A stretch of 64,000 bases of DNA from a virus. The notes below the pieces were generated by a model. The model saw nothing but the letters and a program-made list of their open reading frames with translations, was not told the DNA's origin and did not search any database. Positions 28,829 to 39,066 of this stretch are shown piece after piece (the first letter of the stretch is position 1; every line of letters starts with the position of its first letter). The DNA is taken from IMG/VR virus record IMGVR_UViG_3300042465_006773; one strand, given 5' to 3'. Both the position numbers and the translations under genes were made by a program.

Positions 28829-31800
28829 AGATTACACGAATAGTGAAAATATTTTAGTAAAAGTTGACCAAAATAATCTTGTTTATGTTGACCCAAATAG
28901 TGTTGTAGATTCTAATGGAGAAATACAACCAAGAGGACATAAACAAGAGAACTTGGTTATGTATGTAAACTTGGAAGCCGATTTAGTACCTAGAACAGTA
29001 TTAATATCTGATAACGATAAGGGAAACACATTGACACAAATTGCTGGTGGTAATTTAAATTTTTTAAAAAATGCAACCGGAGACGGTAATTTTGATGCGA
29101 CTTGGACAGACTCATTTGTTCCAAAACCAATACAAGGTCAAGAATCGAACTATAAAGACGGTTACGATGTGACGTTTGGTGAAAATCAATTTAAAGATAC
29201 TAGTGGTCAAAGTTTTGGTATTGATTCAATTAGTATTTCAATTAAAGGAGCGAATTTTGTTCCAACTGTTAATATAAGTTTTATAGATGTTAGAGGTAAA
29301 ACATTATTCGAATCGAGTGACAATTCACCGTATAGGGCATTTTTTCATTTACCGTGGCCAATATTTTATCTAACTGTAAAAGGATATTATGGGAAAGCAA
29401 TAAGGTATAGGTTACACATGACAAAATTTTCATCAAGATTCAATGAATCAAATGGAAATTTTGAAATATCAACCATTTTCGTGGGTTCAACATATGCTTG
29501 GATGAACGACATTACATTATCTCAAATAATAACATGTCCTTACATGTTTTTAGTTGAAGAAAACAAAAACACAAGTTTTAATGAAAAAACAGGATTATAT
29601 GAAAAAACAGTATCTCACTCTTCAAGAGGATATCAAATATTAAAATCTGTTTACAGACAGTACGAACAAAAGGGATTAATACCAAAAGGATTTCCTGTAA
29701 GAACATTAACAGAAATGGGTTACATAGCAGAAAGTTTGGATAAAATTTTAGAACAACAAATTTTTAGTAGTGTTGATATGGGTGTTTTTCAAGGAGTTAA
29801 AGAATTGGATGAAACAATAAATAATTACGAAAATTCCTTTAAAGCTTGGGCAAAAAAGAATTTATCCAATGAATCTGAAAAGATAAGTGAGGATGAATTT
29901 TGGTATTATACTTCATTAAAAGATAAAACAAAATTGGACACCGTAGTTGGTGATAAAAATGGAACGTTAGAATTGTTAATAAAAAATTTTAATGAAACCA
30001 TCGAAAAAAATAGATTGTTTACTCAAACACTTTCTAACAATACTACTGGTGATTTTAAAAAAATATCAATAAAAAAATTGAAAAGTGCGTCAACATATTA
30101 TAAAATACTAACTGACAAAAAAGTGGTAATTAATATTGATGGTATTTTTAACGATATCTTTCAGATAAGAAAATCATTCGAAGAACAAAGAAAAAAATTG
30201 GAAGATGATGTTGAGTTTAGAATGAATGAAATAATCAAAGGAAAAGAAGGATTTGGGTTTGAACCAACAATTAGAAATATGTTCGCTGTTTTATTAGCAA
30301 ATGCCGAAGTTTATATCAGATTAATGAAAGATGTACACAACAAAGCATTTACTGCTTCTTTAAGTAGAAAAAATTCAGTCAAAAATCTTTCAAAAGAATC
30401 CAAAGGCGAGAGTATTTATCCGTGGCCTGAAATTTCAAAACCACAACAGGGTGGTAAAATAAATGTCATGGCGTATCCTGGTGATGAACAACTTATTCAT
30501 AAATTAGAATCATATGATAGTACTAAATGGCCTGAAGTTGATTTTGTGGAAGAGTACATTAAAATTAACACAAATAGAGTTGAAACAAATGTAAATAACG
30601 AACCAACGAGAAATGATGTTAATTATGTATTTGATTCTAATGTAGACTTAAACACTATTTCACCAATATCGACGACCGATTTTATTATAAGTAGAGTGCC
30701 TTATATTGATAAAGATTATGCGTCATTTTTATATGAAATATATGAAAGAGCTAGATTTTTAACAATGTTTGATTCATTTACTAATGAAATGTTAACTGAG
30801 TTGGCAAATGAAGAGTTTAATAATATTAAAAATTCAATAGAAGAAGATGGTGATTTGATAGAAATCGCTAAAAGAATAAAATCGATAGATGATTTTATTA
30901 GGGTCGAATATCAACAAACAAAAAAAGACGAAAACGGTAAAATCGAATTAGACGAAAATAATAACCCTAAAACACAAACCGAATACAGTGGTTATTTGTT
31001 TATCTCATCACCTTATGATAAATTTTCAAAATACAAAGACACTTTACCTACAACCAATTATTTGGTTGAAATATTAGAGGAACCTTTCAAGTTTGAAAGT
31101 TATAATTTAAACGTTACAATAAAAGACGGTGGATTAGACAGTGATAAAATAAATAACTATTTGTTAAATTATCAACCAGAATCGTATAGAAAAAACATAT
31201 ACCCATTTAATTCAAATACATATTTGGGATACATAAACAAAACAACCTTTAGTGATGATAATTTTAAATTTAACGGAATATTAAAATATGAATCATCTAA
31301 TGGTTTTATATCGTCACCAATTAATCCAAACTCATGGGTAAAATCGGGAGGAAATAATTTAACTAATTTCTTTTCAAATACGGTTAACGTGACAGGAAAT
31401 ACTGTTTCAATTTTAAACACACCATATTTTCACAATCAACTTTACTATGATTTTAATAAATCCACAGTAAATGGTAAATATGCCGGTTCGGCATATCTTT
31501 TACTTAATTCTTTACCTTTTATTGACTTAGATGACCAGATTACATTTGAAAATACTTCAATATTAACATCATCATTATTTAGAGAAATTGGTTCTACACA
31601 TTTCATTCCATATCATTTATTGTTAAAATGGGGGTCTATTTATCACAGATACAAAACACATCTTATTGACGGATATGACATTTTAGAAGGTGCAATAAAT
31701 TCAAGTTATGTCACTAAACCATTGTCAGGTCAAACATTCTTTGATAATAATTCAGGATATACTTTTACAATAACCCCCAAAGTATCAACAACAACCGGTT

Positions 31801-34607
31801 CAACTCTTAATGTATCGTACACTGGTTACACAAGTGTAGGGTTGAGTCCCTTTTATCAATCAATATATAGTCAAATTGTTAATGGTTATGCTCATTACAA
31901 TAATTCATTGGGTAATTCATCATATTCTGCAAATACTTTGAATAATGGTATAATACATAGAGTTAGGACAAAAACACAAATGAACTATTGGGACGTGATA
32001 GTTGACAATACAAAGTATAAAACGGACGAAAAAACATACACTCTTTTACCATCTATTGGTGATTATTCTAGCTCAAAAATATTTGTTTATAGTAATGGTT
32101 CATTTGATTTTGTACAACAAATTGGTTTTAGAACCTTATGGTTTTTAGATGATACTATAACTAATTCATTTACTGGTCAAACTTTTCCAACACCTTATGA
32201 ATATTTTAGAACAACAGGAAACACTTATTCTATATCCACAAATTATAAAAAAGCAATTGATTTAATTGGTACATTTAGTCCAACAATCCTCGAATATTTT
32301 GAAAGTTATTTTTTAGATTTTGCAAGTCAAAAAATGAACGACGAATTACCATATAAACCATTTAATAATTTGAATTTTCAAAAATTCCAAGATATATTAA
32401 CAAGATTAAGCGTTATCGATAAAACCAATTTACCACAAGACCCCGCATCATTGTCCAACATTGATTTACTAATTGATAATTTGAAACGAAAACAAAAAGA
32501 AGCTGCAGAAAGTATAACCAATAGTATTTTAGGTAGTAACAATCTAATACAGTTTAGTTTATCAAATCCAAAAGAAATTGACCCTTTTATATTGTATGGA
32601 ATGACAAAATCAAATCCTGATACAACATATTTAACACAATCATTTAGTTCTTCTGATATTAACTCAACAAATCAGAATTTTATAAAATTATATATTGGAG
32701 AAGATATTGACGGATATTATTTAGAGTTTTTTAGTGTTAATAATATCAAATTAACTGAAGACAATATAAAAACACATAGACCACTTGCTCAAATTTATGG
32801 TGGATATAGAAAAAATGGGGGTACAACAAGTAGGTCTTCTTTTTTAAACTACCTTAAAAACGAAATCATTATTAAAAATACCGGTGGAGATATAACCTCT
32901 AAAGGTTCTGACATTAGATTCAAACATTTTTTAACTCAACTTTTAATTAATTTTCCAAAATTAGATAGTAAAAAATCAAAAAATCCCGCGTCAAGAATTG
33001 ATATGTTTAGAGGGTATAATAGTGATAACACAAAATTAGAATTATATAACACATTCAAATCATTTAATGATAAGTGGACTTCAGGGAATTCGATTGGACA
33101 AAGATTATTGTTAGAAGAATTTTTATTTTTAGATAAAGCAAATCGGGATATTGGTGATAAATTATATCTTAACATTGATAGGTTTACGAACCTTTTGCAT
33201 CCAAAAAATGTAAAACAATCGTTGTATGGGGCAATATCCATGTTAATCCAAGGTACGGGATTAGATATGAGGGCATTACCAGCATACATAAATTTTTATG
33301 GAAACAATGTTAATGTAAAAAATAAAATAAGACCCTCAAAAAAAGTTGCGTCAGATTTGTTCGGAACGTTTTTAGAAGTTGATTACCAAGAATCGACACC
33401 AAAAATCATTATTCAATTAGTTGGAAATAATTCAAAAAGATTGGATATGTCAAACAGTAAACCATATAAGTTTACAGATGATGGTTTTTATATTGGGAGT
33501 CAAAACAATAATCCTTTGTTGATAACCTCCTTAGAGAACTTTTCAAGAAATGACCTATCAAAGTCTAATCGGGTCGTTGCTTTTGAAGTTAGTTTTGGAG
33601 ACCAAAATCAAGGAATATTTAAAGGACTGACACTTGACCAATCAAGTTTAAAAAACACATCCGAATCGTTTCTTGTTTTGGAGAATTTAGCTAGGTCCGC
33701 TTCAGGTGCAGGTGTATACAATGTTGACGTTTCGTTATTTGATTACTATAAACAAGCTTCTTACAAATGCGACATAACTTCTATGGGTAATGTTATGATA
33801 CAACCAACAATGTTTTTTTATTTAAAAAATGTACCTATGTTTAGAGGTTCATATTGGATAACTGAAGTAACACATACAATAAAATCAAATAATATATCTA
33901 CAACGTTTTCTGGTACGAGAATACCGTATACATCTCTACCCGACCCAACAGATTCCTTTGTGGCCAGTTATAGAATATTATTTGATAAGATACAATCCAA
34001 AGCATCTAGAATAATAAAACAAAGAGAATCCAATAAAACTGATACACAAGAAACGGTTGTGTACCAGAAAATAAATTATATTACAGATAGGGGAGGTAAA
34101 ATTATTCAGGGTGAGCAAATAATTGACAAATTAGAAGATGTTGGTATCAATAAGTTTGGCGTACCATTTAACGGATTTAATGAACAAAGAACCATTCAAA
34201 AGGTAAGAAATAATAACCAAGTTTGGTTAAGAGGATTGGTCGTACAAATGGGTGGAACAGGGTATACAATTAATGATACAACAAGTATGAATATTGCAAA
34301 TGGTATTAAATTTTCAGACATTCAAAATACCGATTATAAGTATTTTATGGTTAATTTTCAATTATCAAGACAAATCACTGCAGAATTAATTAGAACAGCA
34401 AAAACAACTTTTAAAAATCCAAATAATAATAAAACGGTCGTTGTTAACCCAAATTATCAATTGGATTCATCTTCAGGAACGATTGTTGCTGAAGGTCCTG
34501 TTGCGATAGGTCCTATAAGTAGCACTTACGGAATTGCATTATCAAAGAAATTAATGAGTGAACTTAAACTATTTGATGGTGACGTTGTTTATTTTAATAT
34601 GGAATAA
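28815..34607 (+). CDS. Large baseplate hub protein (gp27/VgrG-like), 1930 aa
   Basis: N-terminal FGIDSI.I...P.V.I.F.DVRG..LF...PWP.FYL..KGYYG; C-terminal SY.C.I..MGN.MIQP.MFF.L.NVPMF.G.YWITEV.H.I....T.F.G.R hub motif. Confidence 0.7.
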   Translation: MANNRDYTNSENILVKVDQNNLVYVDPNSVVDSNGEIQPRGHKQENLVMYVNLEADLVPRTVLISDNDKGNTLTQIAGGNLNFLKNATGDGNFDATWTDSFVPKPIQGQESNYKDGYDVTFGENQFKDTSGQSFGIDSISISIKGANFVPTVNISFIDVRGKTLFESSDNSPYRAFFHLPWPIFYLTVKGYYGKAIRYRLHMTKFSSRFNESNGNFEISTIFVGSTYAWMNDITLSQIITCPYMFLVEENKNTSFNEKTGLYEKTVSHSSRGYQILKSVYRQYEQKGLIPKGFPVRTLTEMGYIAESLDKILEQQIFSSVDMGVFQGVKELDETINNYENSFKAWAKKNLSNESEKISEDEFWYYTSLKDKTKLDTVVGDKNGTLELLIKNFNETIEKNRLFTQTLSNNTTGDFKKISIKKLKSASTYYKILTDKKVVINIDGIFNDIFQIRKSFEEQRKKLEDDVEFRMNEIIKGKEGFGFEPTIRNMFAVLLANAEVYIRLMKDVHNKAFTASLSRKNSVKNLSKESKGESIYPWPEISKPQQGGKINVMAYPGDEQLIHKLESYDSTKWPEVDFVEEYIKINTNRVETNVNNEPTRNDVNYVFDSNVDLNTISPISTTDFIISRVPYIDKDYASFLYEIYERARFLTMFDSFTNEMLTELANEEFNNIKNSIEEDGDLIEIAKRIKSIDDFIRVEYQQTKKDENGKIELDENNNPKTQTEYSGYLFISSPYDKFSKYKDTLPTTNYLVEILEEPFKFESYNLNVTIKDGGLDSDKINNYLLNYQPESYRKNIYPFNSNTYLGYINKTTFSDDNFKFNGILKYESSNGFISSPINPNSWVKSGGNNLTNFFSNTVNVTGNTVSILNTPYFHNQLYYDFNKSTVNGKYAGSAYLLLNSLPFIDLDDQITFENTSILTSSLFREIGSTHFIPYHLLLKWGSIYHRYKTHLIDGYDILEGAINSSYVTKPLSGQTFFDNNSGYTFTITPKVSTTTGSTLNVSYTGYTSVGLSPFYQSIYSQIVNGYAHYNNSLGNSSYSANTLNNGIIHRVRTKTQMNYWDVIVDNTKYKTDEKTYTLLPSIGDYSSSKIFVYSNGSFDFVQQIGFRTLWFLDDTITNSFTGQTFPTPYEYFRTTGNTYSISTNYKKAIDLIGTFSPTILEYFESYFLDFASQKMNDELPYKPFNNLNFQKFQDILTRLSVIDKTNLPQDPASLSNIDLLIDNLKRKQKEAAESITNSILGSNNLIQFSLSNPKEIDPFILYGMTKSNPDTTYLTQSFSSSDINSTNQNFIKLYIGEDIDGYYLEFFSVNNIKLTEDNIKTHRPLAQIYGGYRKNGGTTSRSSFLNYLKNEIIIKNTGGDITSKGSDIRFKHFLTQLLINFPKLDSKKSKNPASRIDMFRGYNSDNTKLELYNTFKSFNDKWTSGNSIGQRLLLEEFLFLDKANRDIGDKLYLNIDRFTNLLHPKNVKQSLYGAISMLIQGTGLDMRALPAYINFYGNNVNVKNKIRPSKKVASDLFGTFLEVDYQESTPKIIIQLVGNNSKRLDMSNSKPYKFTDDGFYIGSQNNNPLLITSLENFSRNDLSKSNRVVAFEVSFGDQNQGIFKGLTLDQSSLKNTSESFLVLENLARSASGAGVYNVDVSLFDYYKQASYKCDITSMGNVMIQPTMFFYLKNVPMFRGSYWITEVTHTIKSNNISTTFSGTRIPYTSLPDPTDSFVASYRILFDKIQSKASRIIKQRESNKTDTQETVVYQKINYITDRGGKIIQGEQIIDKLEDVGINKFGVPFNGFNEQRTIQKVRNNNQVWLRGLVVQMGGTGYTINDTTSMNIANGIKFSDIQNTDYKYFMVNFQLSRQITAELIRTAKTTFKNPNNNKTVVVNPNYQLDSSSGTIVAEGPVAIGPISSTYGIALSKKLMSELKLFDGDVVYFNME

Positions 34608-34652
34608 TTAGATATTTTATTTTTTTTGGATATTTATATAAAAAAAAGAAAA

Positions 34653-34853
34653 ATGAATAGTGAAAAATTTAATAAGTCTTTAGATAGTTTTATGAATAAA
34701 ACAAAGACAACTAAAAAATTAAACAACACCGAGACAGAGGAATGTGATTTACAAACAGGTGAGTGTTATGTGATAAGGTCTAAAGATGGTATTGTTGAAA
34801 GAATAAATAAAAAATTCATAACTGAAGACGGTAGACAACTTTTACAAGATTAA
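34653..34853 (+). CDS. Small hypothetical protein with a Cx6C motif
   Basis: The ATG at 34653 is preferred over the TTG at 34626 because it lies downstream of the late motif at 34631; EECDLQTGECY. Confidence 0.6.
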   Translation: MNSEKFNKSLDSFMNKTKTTKKLNNTETEECDLQTGECYVIRSKDGIVERINKKFITEDGRQLLQD

Positions 34854-34854
34854 T

Positions 34855-35496
34855 ATGAAAAATTTAGAAAAAAAATTAATGGAAGAAATTGCTCGACACA
34901 GAGCGATTAACAATTACACTAAACGTTTAATGGAACAAGCGGAATTACCACCACCCGACGCACCCATTGACCCTGCGGTTGCTCCACCAGCCGACACCAC
35001 AATGGACCCCGCATCTGAACCACTAGCCGACACCACCACACCACCAGCATCTGATGCACCTGTTGAACCTGAGACAGAAGAAATAGATATAACTGATTTG
35101 GTTAATATGACCAAATCGATTAAGAAAGATTTAGATGATAAAAATACAGAAAACATGGAAGTGGTAAATAAAATGGATAGTGTTTTCACCAAGTTAAATG
35201 ATTTGGAACAAAAATTATCTCAAATGGACTCTGTTATTAGTAAGATAGATGAATTGGGTAATAAAGTCGAAACTATGAAAGAAAAAACTCCACAAGAAAA
35301 ATTGGAGTTAAGGTCATTAGATTCGTATCCATTTAATTTAAATCCTCAAGAATTTTTTACTCAAAAACAAACAGAAATGCAAAAATCTGGTAAAAACGAA
35401 TATGTTTTAACTAAACAAGATATTGATGACTATTCCTTAGATACCATAAGAAATAGTTTTAACCCAGAACAAGAAGAAGATGAATTTAAGTTCTAA
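34855..35496 (+). CDS. Hypothetical acidic coiled-coil protein (scaffold/internal head-like)
   Basis: LMEEIARH...RLMEQ, Pro/Ala/Asp linker, EEIDITDLV, coiled coil, LRSLDSYPFN. Confidence 0.6.
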   Translation: MKNLEKKLMEEIARHRAINNYTKRLMEQAELPPPDAPIDPAVAPPADTTMDPASEPLADTTTPPASDAPVEPETEEIDITDLVNMTKSIKKDLDDKNTENMEVVNKMDSVFTKLNDLEQKLSQMDSVISKIDELGNKVETMKEKTPQEKLELRSLDSYPFNLNPQEFFTQKQTEMQKSGKNEYVLTKQDIDDYSLDTIRNSFNPEQEEDEFKF

Positions 35497-35854
35497 AGTA
35501 AACCTTTTAATAGGATTACAATTACAATTAAAAATAAATCATTGGCAAACCAAAGGTGTTGCTAGACATGAAGCATTTGGTAAAACATATGACGCATTAT
35601 CGGATTTAATTGATGATTTTGTTGAAATAGCGATGGGTAAATATGGTAGATTTATTTTAGATGAAGAAACAAAAACAATTAAGTTAATTAATTTATCAGA
35701 AATGAACCCGTCTGATATGATAAAAACATGTACAGAAGGTTTAATACAATTCTCCGAAGACTTAGATAGAACCGCGGATACAGATTTATTAAATATAAGA
35801 GACGAAATACTTGGAAATTTAAATAAATTATTGTATCTTTTAACTTTAGAATAA
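35480..35854 (+). CDS. Ferritin/Dps-like four-helix protein (DUF5856-like)
   Basis: HWQTKG.ARHEAFG..YD.L..LIDDFVE...G.YGR; LLNIRDE.L..LNKL.YLLTL. Confidence 0.8.
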   Translation: MNLSSKVNLLIGLQLQLKINHWQTKGVARHEAFGKTYDALSDLIDDFVEIAMGKYGRFILDEETKTIKLINLSEMNPSDMIKTCTEGLIQFSEDLDRTADTDLLNIRDEILGNLNKLLYLLTLE

Positions 35855-35858
35855 GTTA

Positions 35859-35932
35859 GGTTCGTTAGTAGAGTTGGTTACAATATCGCACTGTCACTGC
35901 GAAGGTCATGGGTTCGATTCCCATACGAACCG
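35859..35932 (+). tRNA. trnD: tRNA-Asp (GTC), CCA not encoded
   Basis: Acceptor GGTTCGT/ACGAACC + G73; anticodon arm TCGCA-CTGTCAC-TGCGA; T arm ATGGG-TTCGATT-CCCAT. Confidence 0.92.
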
Positions 35933-35940
35933 CGTTTTAT

Positions 35941-36017
35941 AGGGGAATATATCAATTGGTTAGATTACGTGCTTTGGGAGCACGAGGTTGTGGGTTCGAG
36001 TCCCGCTTCTCCTACCA
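35941..36017 (+). tRNA. trnP: tRNA-Pro (TGG) with encoded CCA
   Basis: Acceptor AGGGGAA/TTCTCCT + ACCA; anticodon arm CGTGC-TTTGGGA-GCACG; T arm GTGGG-TTCGAGT-CCCGC. Confidence 0.92.
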
Positions 36018-36040
36018 ATACAAAAAAAAATTGATAACGT

Positions 36041-36071
36041 TTTGAAATTTGATTTTTATTACGTATATTTT
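36041..36071 (+). promoter_or_regulatory. Bacteroidota-type promoter for the ssb-recA replication cluster
   Basis: TTTG (36041-44), 19-nt spacer, TATATTTT (36064-71); same architecture as 8511-8541. Confidence 0.55.
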
Positions 36072-36095
36072 AGATACAATTAAAAACAAAAAATT

Positions 36096-36953
36096 ATGTC
36101 AACATTAGAAGCAGTACTAGCACAGTACGAAAAAAACAAACAAGCCACAAGTGGCACCGTTGGAATGTCTCAAGAAGACAGGATGAAAAAATACTTCACT
36201 ACCGTTTTACCTAAAGGTATTCGTAGTCAAGAAAAAAGAATTAGGATTCTTCCCGCGAAAGATGGTTCACCTTTTGTAGAGGTCTTTTTTCATGAAATCC
36301 AAGTAAATGGAGACTGGGTTAAACTTTATGACCCAAAACAAGAAGGAAAACGTTCTCCATTGGATGAAGTTCGTGAAGGTTTAATGGCATCAGGAGTTGA
36401 ATCCGATAAAGTACTTGCTCGTCAATATCGTTCTCGCAAATTCTTTATCGTTAAATTGATTGATAGAGATAATGAACAGGATGGTGTAAAATTTTGGCGT
36501 TTTAAGTATAACACAAAAAGTGAAGGTGTTTATGATAAATTGATTCCTTTATTTAGGAACAAAGGTGATATTACCGACCCATTAAAAGGACGAGATTTGA
36601 TTTTGAATCTGAACCTTTCAAAAGCAGGTAATGGTAGGGATTATACCACAATTACTCAGATTATCCCCGAGGACCCAAGTCCATTGCATGAAGATAAATC
36701 AGTTGCGGATTCTTGGATTAACGACCCTTTGATTTGGTCTGATGTTTACTCCAAAAAACCAGAAGAATATTTGGAAATGGTCGCAACTGACCAAAACCCG
36801 AAATGGGACAGCGTTACAGGTAAGTGGGTGTCCACATCTTCAGGTGAAGAAAAAATCGGGGGTTCTAATAAAACAGAACAACCACAAACACAAGAGTCTG
36901 ATTATGTTGACCCACAAGAAGGTTTTACTGAAGACGACGAACTACCATTTTAA
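36096..36953 (+). CDS. Single-stranded DNA-binding protein (T4 gp32-like)
   Basis: IRILP...PF.E.FFH, VK.WRF, DITDP.KGRDL, acidic tail ending EDDELPF. Confidence 0.85.
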   Translation: MSTLEAVLAQYEKNKQATSGTVGMSQEDRMKKYFTTVLPKGIRSQEKRIRILPAKDGSPFVEVFFHEIQVNGDWVKLYDPKQEGKRSPLDEVREGLMASGVESDKVLARQYRSRKFFIVKLIDRDNEQDGVKFWRFKYNTKSEGVYDKLIPLFRNKGDITDPLKGRDLILNLNLSKAGNGRDYTTITQIIPEDPSPLHEDKSVADSWINDPLIWSDVYSKKPEEYLEMVATDQNPKWDSVTGKWVSTSSGEEKIGGSNKTEQPQTQESDYVDPQEGFTEDDELPF

Positions 36954-36969
36954 TTAAAATCACTAATAT

Positions 36970-37004
36970 GATGCCCACACAATTGTCGTGTGGGCATCTT
37001 TTTT
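36970..37004 (+). terminator. Intrinsic terminator after ssb
   Basis: GATGCCCACAC-AATTGTC-GTGTGGGCATC-TTTTTT (11-bp stem). Confidence 0.85.
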
Positions 37005-37015
37005 AAAAAAAAATT

Positions 37016-38017
37016 ATGCCAATTAAGAAAAAAGAATTCGATTATATTTCAAAATTTTCTTCTAAAACAAAATACAAAGAAGAGAAATTTTATTATTGTG
37101 GTGAAACCTTCAATGACGCGTGTGGTTTACCGGGTCCTGTTATGGGTAATATAAACATGTTTTTAGGTCACACTAATTCATCAAAGACAACCGCAATGAT
37201 ATTGTCCGCGGTTGATGCTCAAAGAAGAGGTGATTTGGTTGTTTTTGTCATCACTGAAAGAAAATGGAAATGGGAACACGCTGTTGAATTGGGACTTCAA
37301 GCGGAAAAAGATAAAAACGGTGAATGGTCGGGAGATTTCATTTTTAATGATTCTTTTGAGTATATTGAACAAGCAACTGATTTTGTTAATGAGATTATAG
37401 ATGCTCATGAAAATGGTGATATCCCAAGAAATATATTATTTTGTTGGGATTCGATAGGTTCGATTCCATGTAAAATGACCTTTGAAGGTAAAGGAGGAAA
37501 ACAACATAACGCCAGTGTATTGTCAGATAAAATTGGAATGGGAATACATGCGAGAATTACTAAGTCAAAAAAAGAAGACTATCCTTCCTCAGAAAATTCA
37601 TATTATATAACAATGGTTGTGGTTAACCAACCATGGGTTGAATTACCTGATAATCCTTTTGGTCAACCAGAAATTAAAGCAAAAGGTGGAGAGGCTCTTT
37701 GGTTGGCATCTGCGTTGGTTTTCTTGTTTGGTAATCAGAAAAAATCGGGAATCAATCATATTGATGCGGTAAAAGACGGTAGAAAAATTACATATGCCAT
37801 TAGAACAAAGATATCAATAATTAAGAATCACGTTAATGGTTTGGGATTTAAAGATGGAAAAGTAATTGTTGTCCATAATGGATATATCCCTGATACTAAA
37901 GAATCGTTAGAAAAATATAAAAAAGAATATTCTAACTTTTGGAAAGAAAAAATTGGTGGGGTCGATTTTGAGTTAAAAGACTCAGTTACTTTTGAAGAAG
38001 ATTCAGATGAATCTTGA
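37016..38017 (+). CDS. RecA/UvsX-like recombinase
   Basis: Walker A-like GHTNSSKTT, FVITE, WDSIGS, VVNQ, KGGEAL, KNHV. Confidence 0.85.
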   Translation: MPIKKKEFDYISKFSSKTKYKEEKFYYCGETFNDACGLPGPVMGNINMFLGHTNSSKTTAMILSAVDAQRRGDLVVFVITERKWKWEHAVELGLQAEKDKNGEWSGDFIFNDSFEYIEQATDFVNEIIDAHENGDIPRNILFCWDSIGSIPCKMTFEGKGGKQHNASVLSDKIGMGIHARITKSKKEDYPSSENSYYITMVVVNQPWVELPDNPFGQPEIKAKGGEALWLASALVFLFGNQKKSGINHIDAVKDGRKITYAIRTKISIIKNHVNGLGFKDGKVIVVHNGYIPDTKESLEKYKKEYSNFWKEKIGGVDFELKDSVTFEEDSDES

Positions 38018-38043
38018 TTGTTTAACAATTAGAATAATGATAA

Positions 38044-39066
38044 ATGTCTAATGTATTATTAGTAGATGGTGATAATTTACTAACAATCGGGTTTTTTGCA
38101 CTAAAAAATCATTTTCATAAAGGGGAACATATTGGTGGAATATATCATTTCATCAATACTATCCGTATCTTTATTGATAAACATCATTTAGATAAAGTAG
38201 TTGTTTTTTGGGATGGAGAAAACGGCTCACAAACTAGAAGAGGTTTTTATCACCAATATAAACAAAATAGAAGGATTAGAATTAGGACAGAAGAAGAATT
38301 AAATTCATACACAAGAGAAAGGAATAGGATAAAACAATATTTAGAAGACCTATATGTTAGACAAGGTGAATATGAATATTGTGAAAGTGATGATTCGATT
38401 GCGTATTATGTTCAAAATTCACCAAATGAAAATAAGATTATTTTTTCAGGGGATGGTGACCTTACTCAATTAGTTTCTGAAAAAACAAGGATATATAATC
38501 CATCGTATAGTAAATTTTATCAACAAAATGATATGTTTACATACGAACAAGAAGAAATTTTGATTGAAAATGTTAAATTTGTTAAAATGATATGTGGTGA
38601 TAAATCCGATAATATCGCGGGAATAAAAAGTTTAGGAATCACAAAATTGGTAAATGCTGTTCCTGAATTAAAAGAAAGACAATTAACATTAGAATACATA
38701 AGAAATAAATTTAATGATTTGTTTGAAAATGATAAACATAACAAGTCAATAACTAATTTTATAACTGGTGTCACTAAATACGGTGTTTTGGGAGAGGAGT
38801 TTTTTCAAGTTAATGAAAAAATAGTTAGTCTTGATTCCCCATTTTTAACCGAAGACGCTAAAGAATCAATATCTTTATTAGTGGATGATTATATGGATTC
38901 AGAGGGTCGTTCATATAAAAACACAATGAAGATGATGATTGAGGATGGATTATTTTTACTACTACCAAAATCGGATGATGCATGGATAAAATTTTTAAAC
39001 CCATTTTTAAGATTAACAAGAAAAGAAAAAAATAAAAAAACAATTAAAATCAAAACAAATGAATAA
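38044..39066 (+). CDS. 5'-3' exonuclease/RNase H (FEN-like)
   Basis: LLVDGDNL, VFWDG, YKQNR, ESDD.IA, SGDGDLTQL, GDKSDNIAGI. Confidence 0.92.
   Translation: MSNVLLVDGDNLLTIGFFALKNHFHKGEHIGGIYHFINTIRIFIDKHHLDKVVVFWDGENGSQTRRGFYHQYKQNRRIRIRTEEELNSYTRERNRIKQYLEDLYVRQGEYEYCESDDSIAYYVQNSPNENKIIFSGDGDLTQLVSEKTRIYNPSYSKFYQQNDMFTYEQEEILIENVKFVKMICGDKSDNIAGIKSLGITKLVNAVPELKERQLTLEYIRNKFNDLFENDKHNKSITNFITGVTKYGVLGEEFFQVNEKIVSLDSPFLTEDAKESISLLVDDYMDSEGRSYKNTMKMMIEDGLFLLLPKSDDAWIKFLNPFLRLTRKEKNKKTIKIKTNE

Noticed and set aside
34626-34652. TTG start for the small Cys protein, and GTG start at 54638
   Set aside because: The downstream ATGs (34653, 54644) fit the late promoter position and the TAATG coupling better.
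35933-35940. tRNA-associated (theta/HDV-like) ribozyme
   Set aside because: Only 8 nt separate the tRNAs, and the sequence after tRNA-Pro is an A-tract plus promoter with no such fold.
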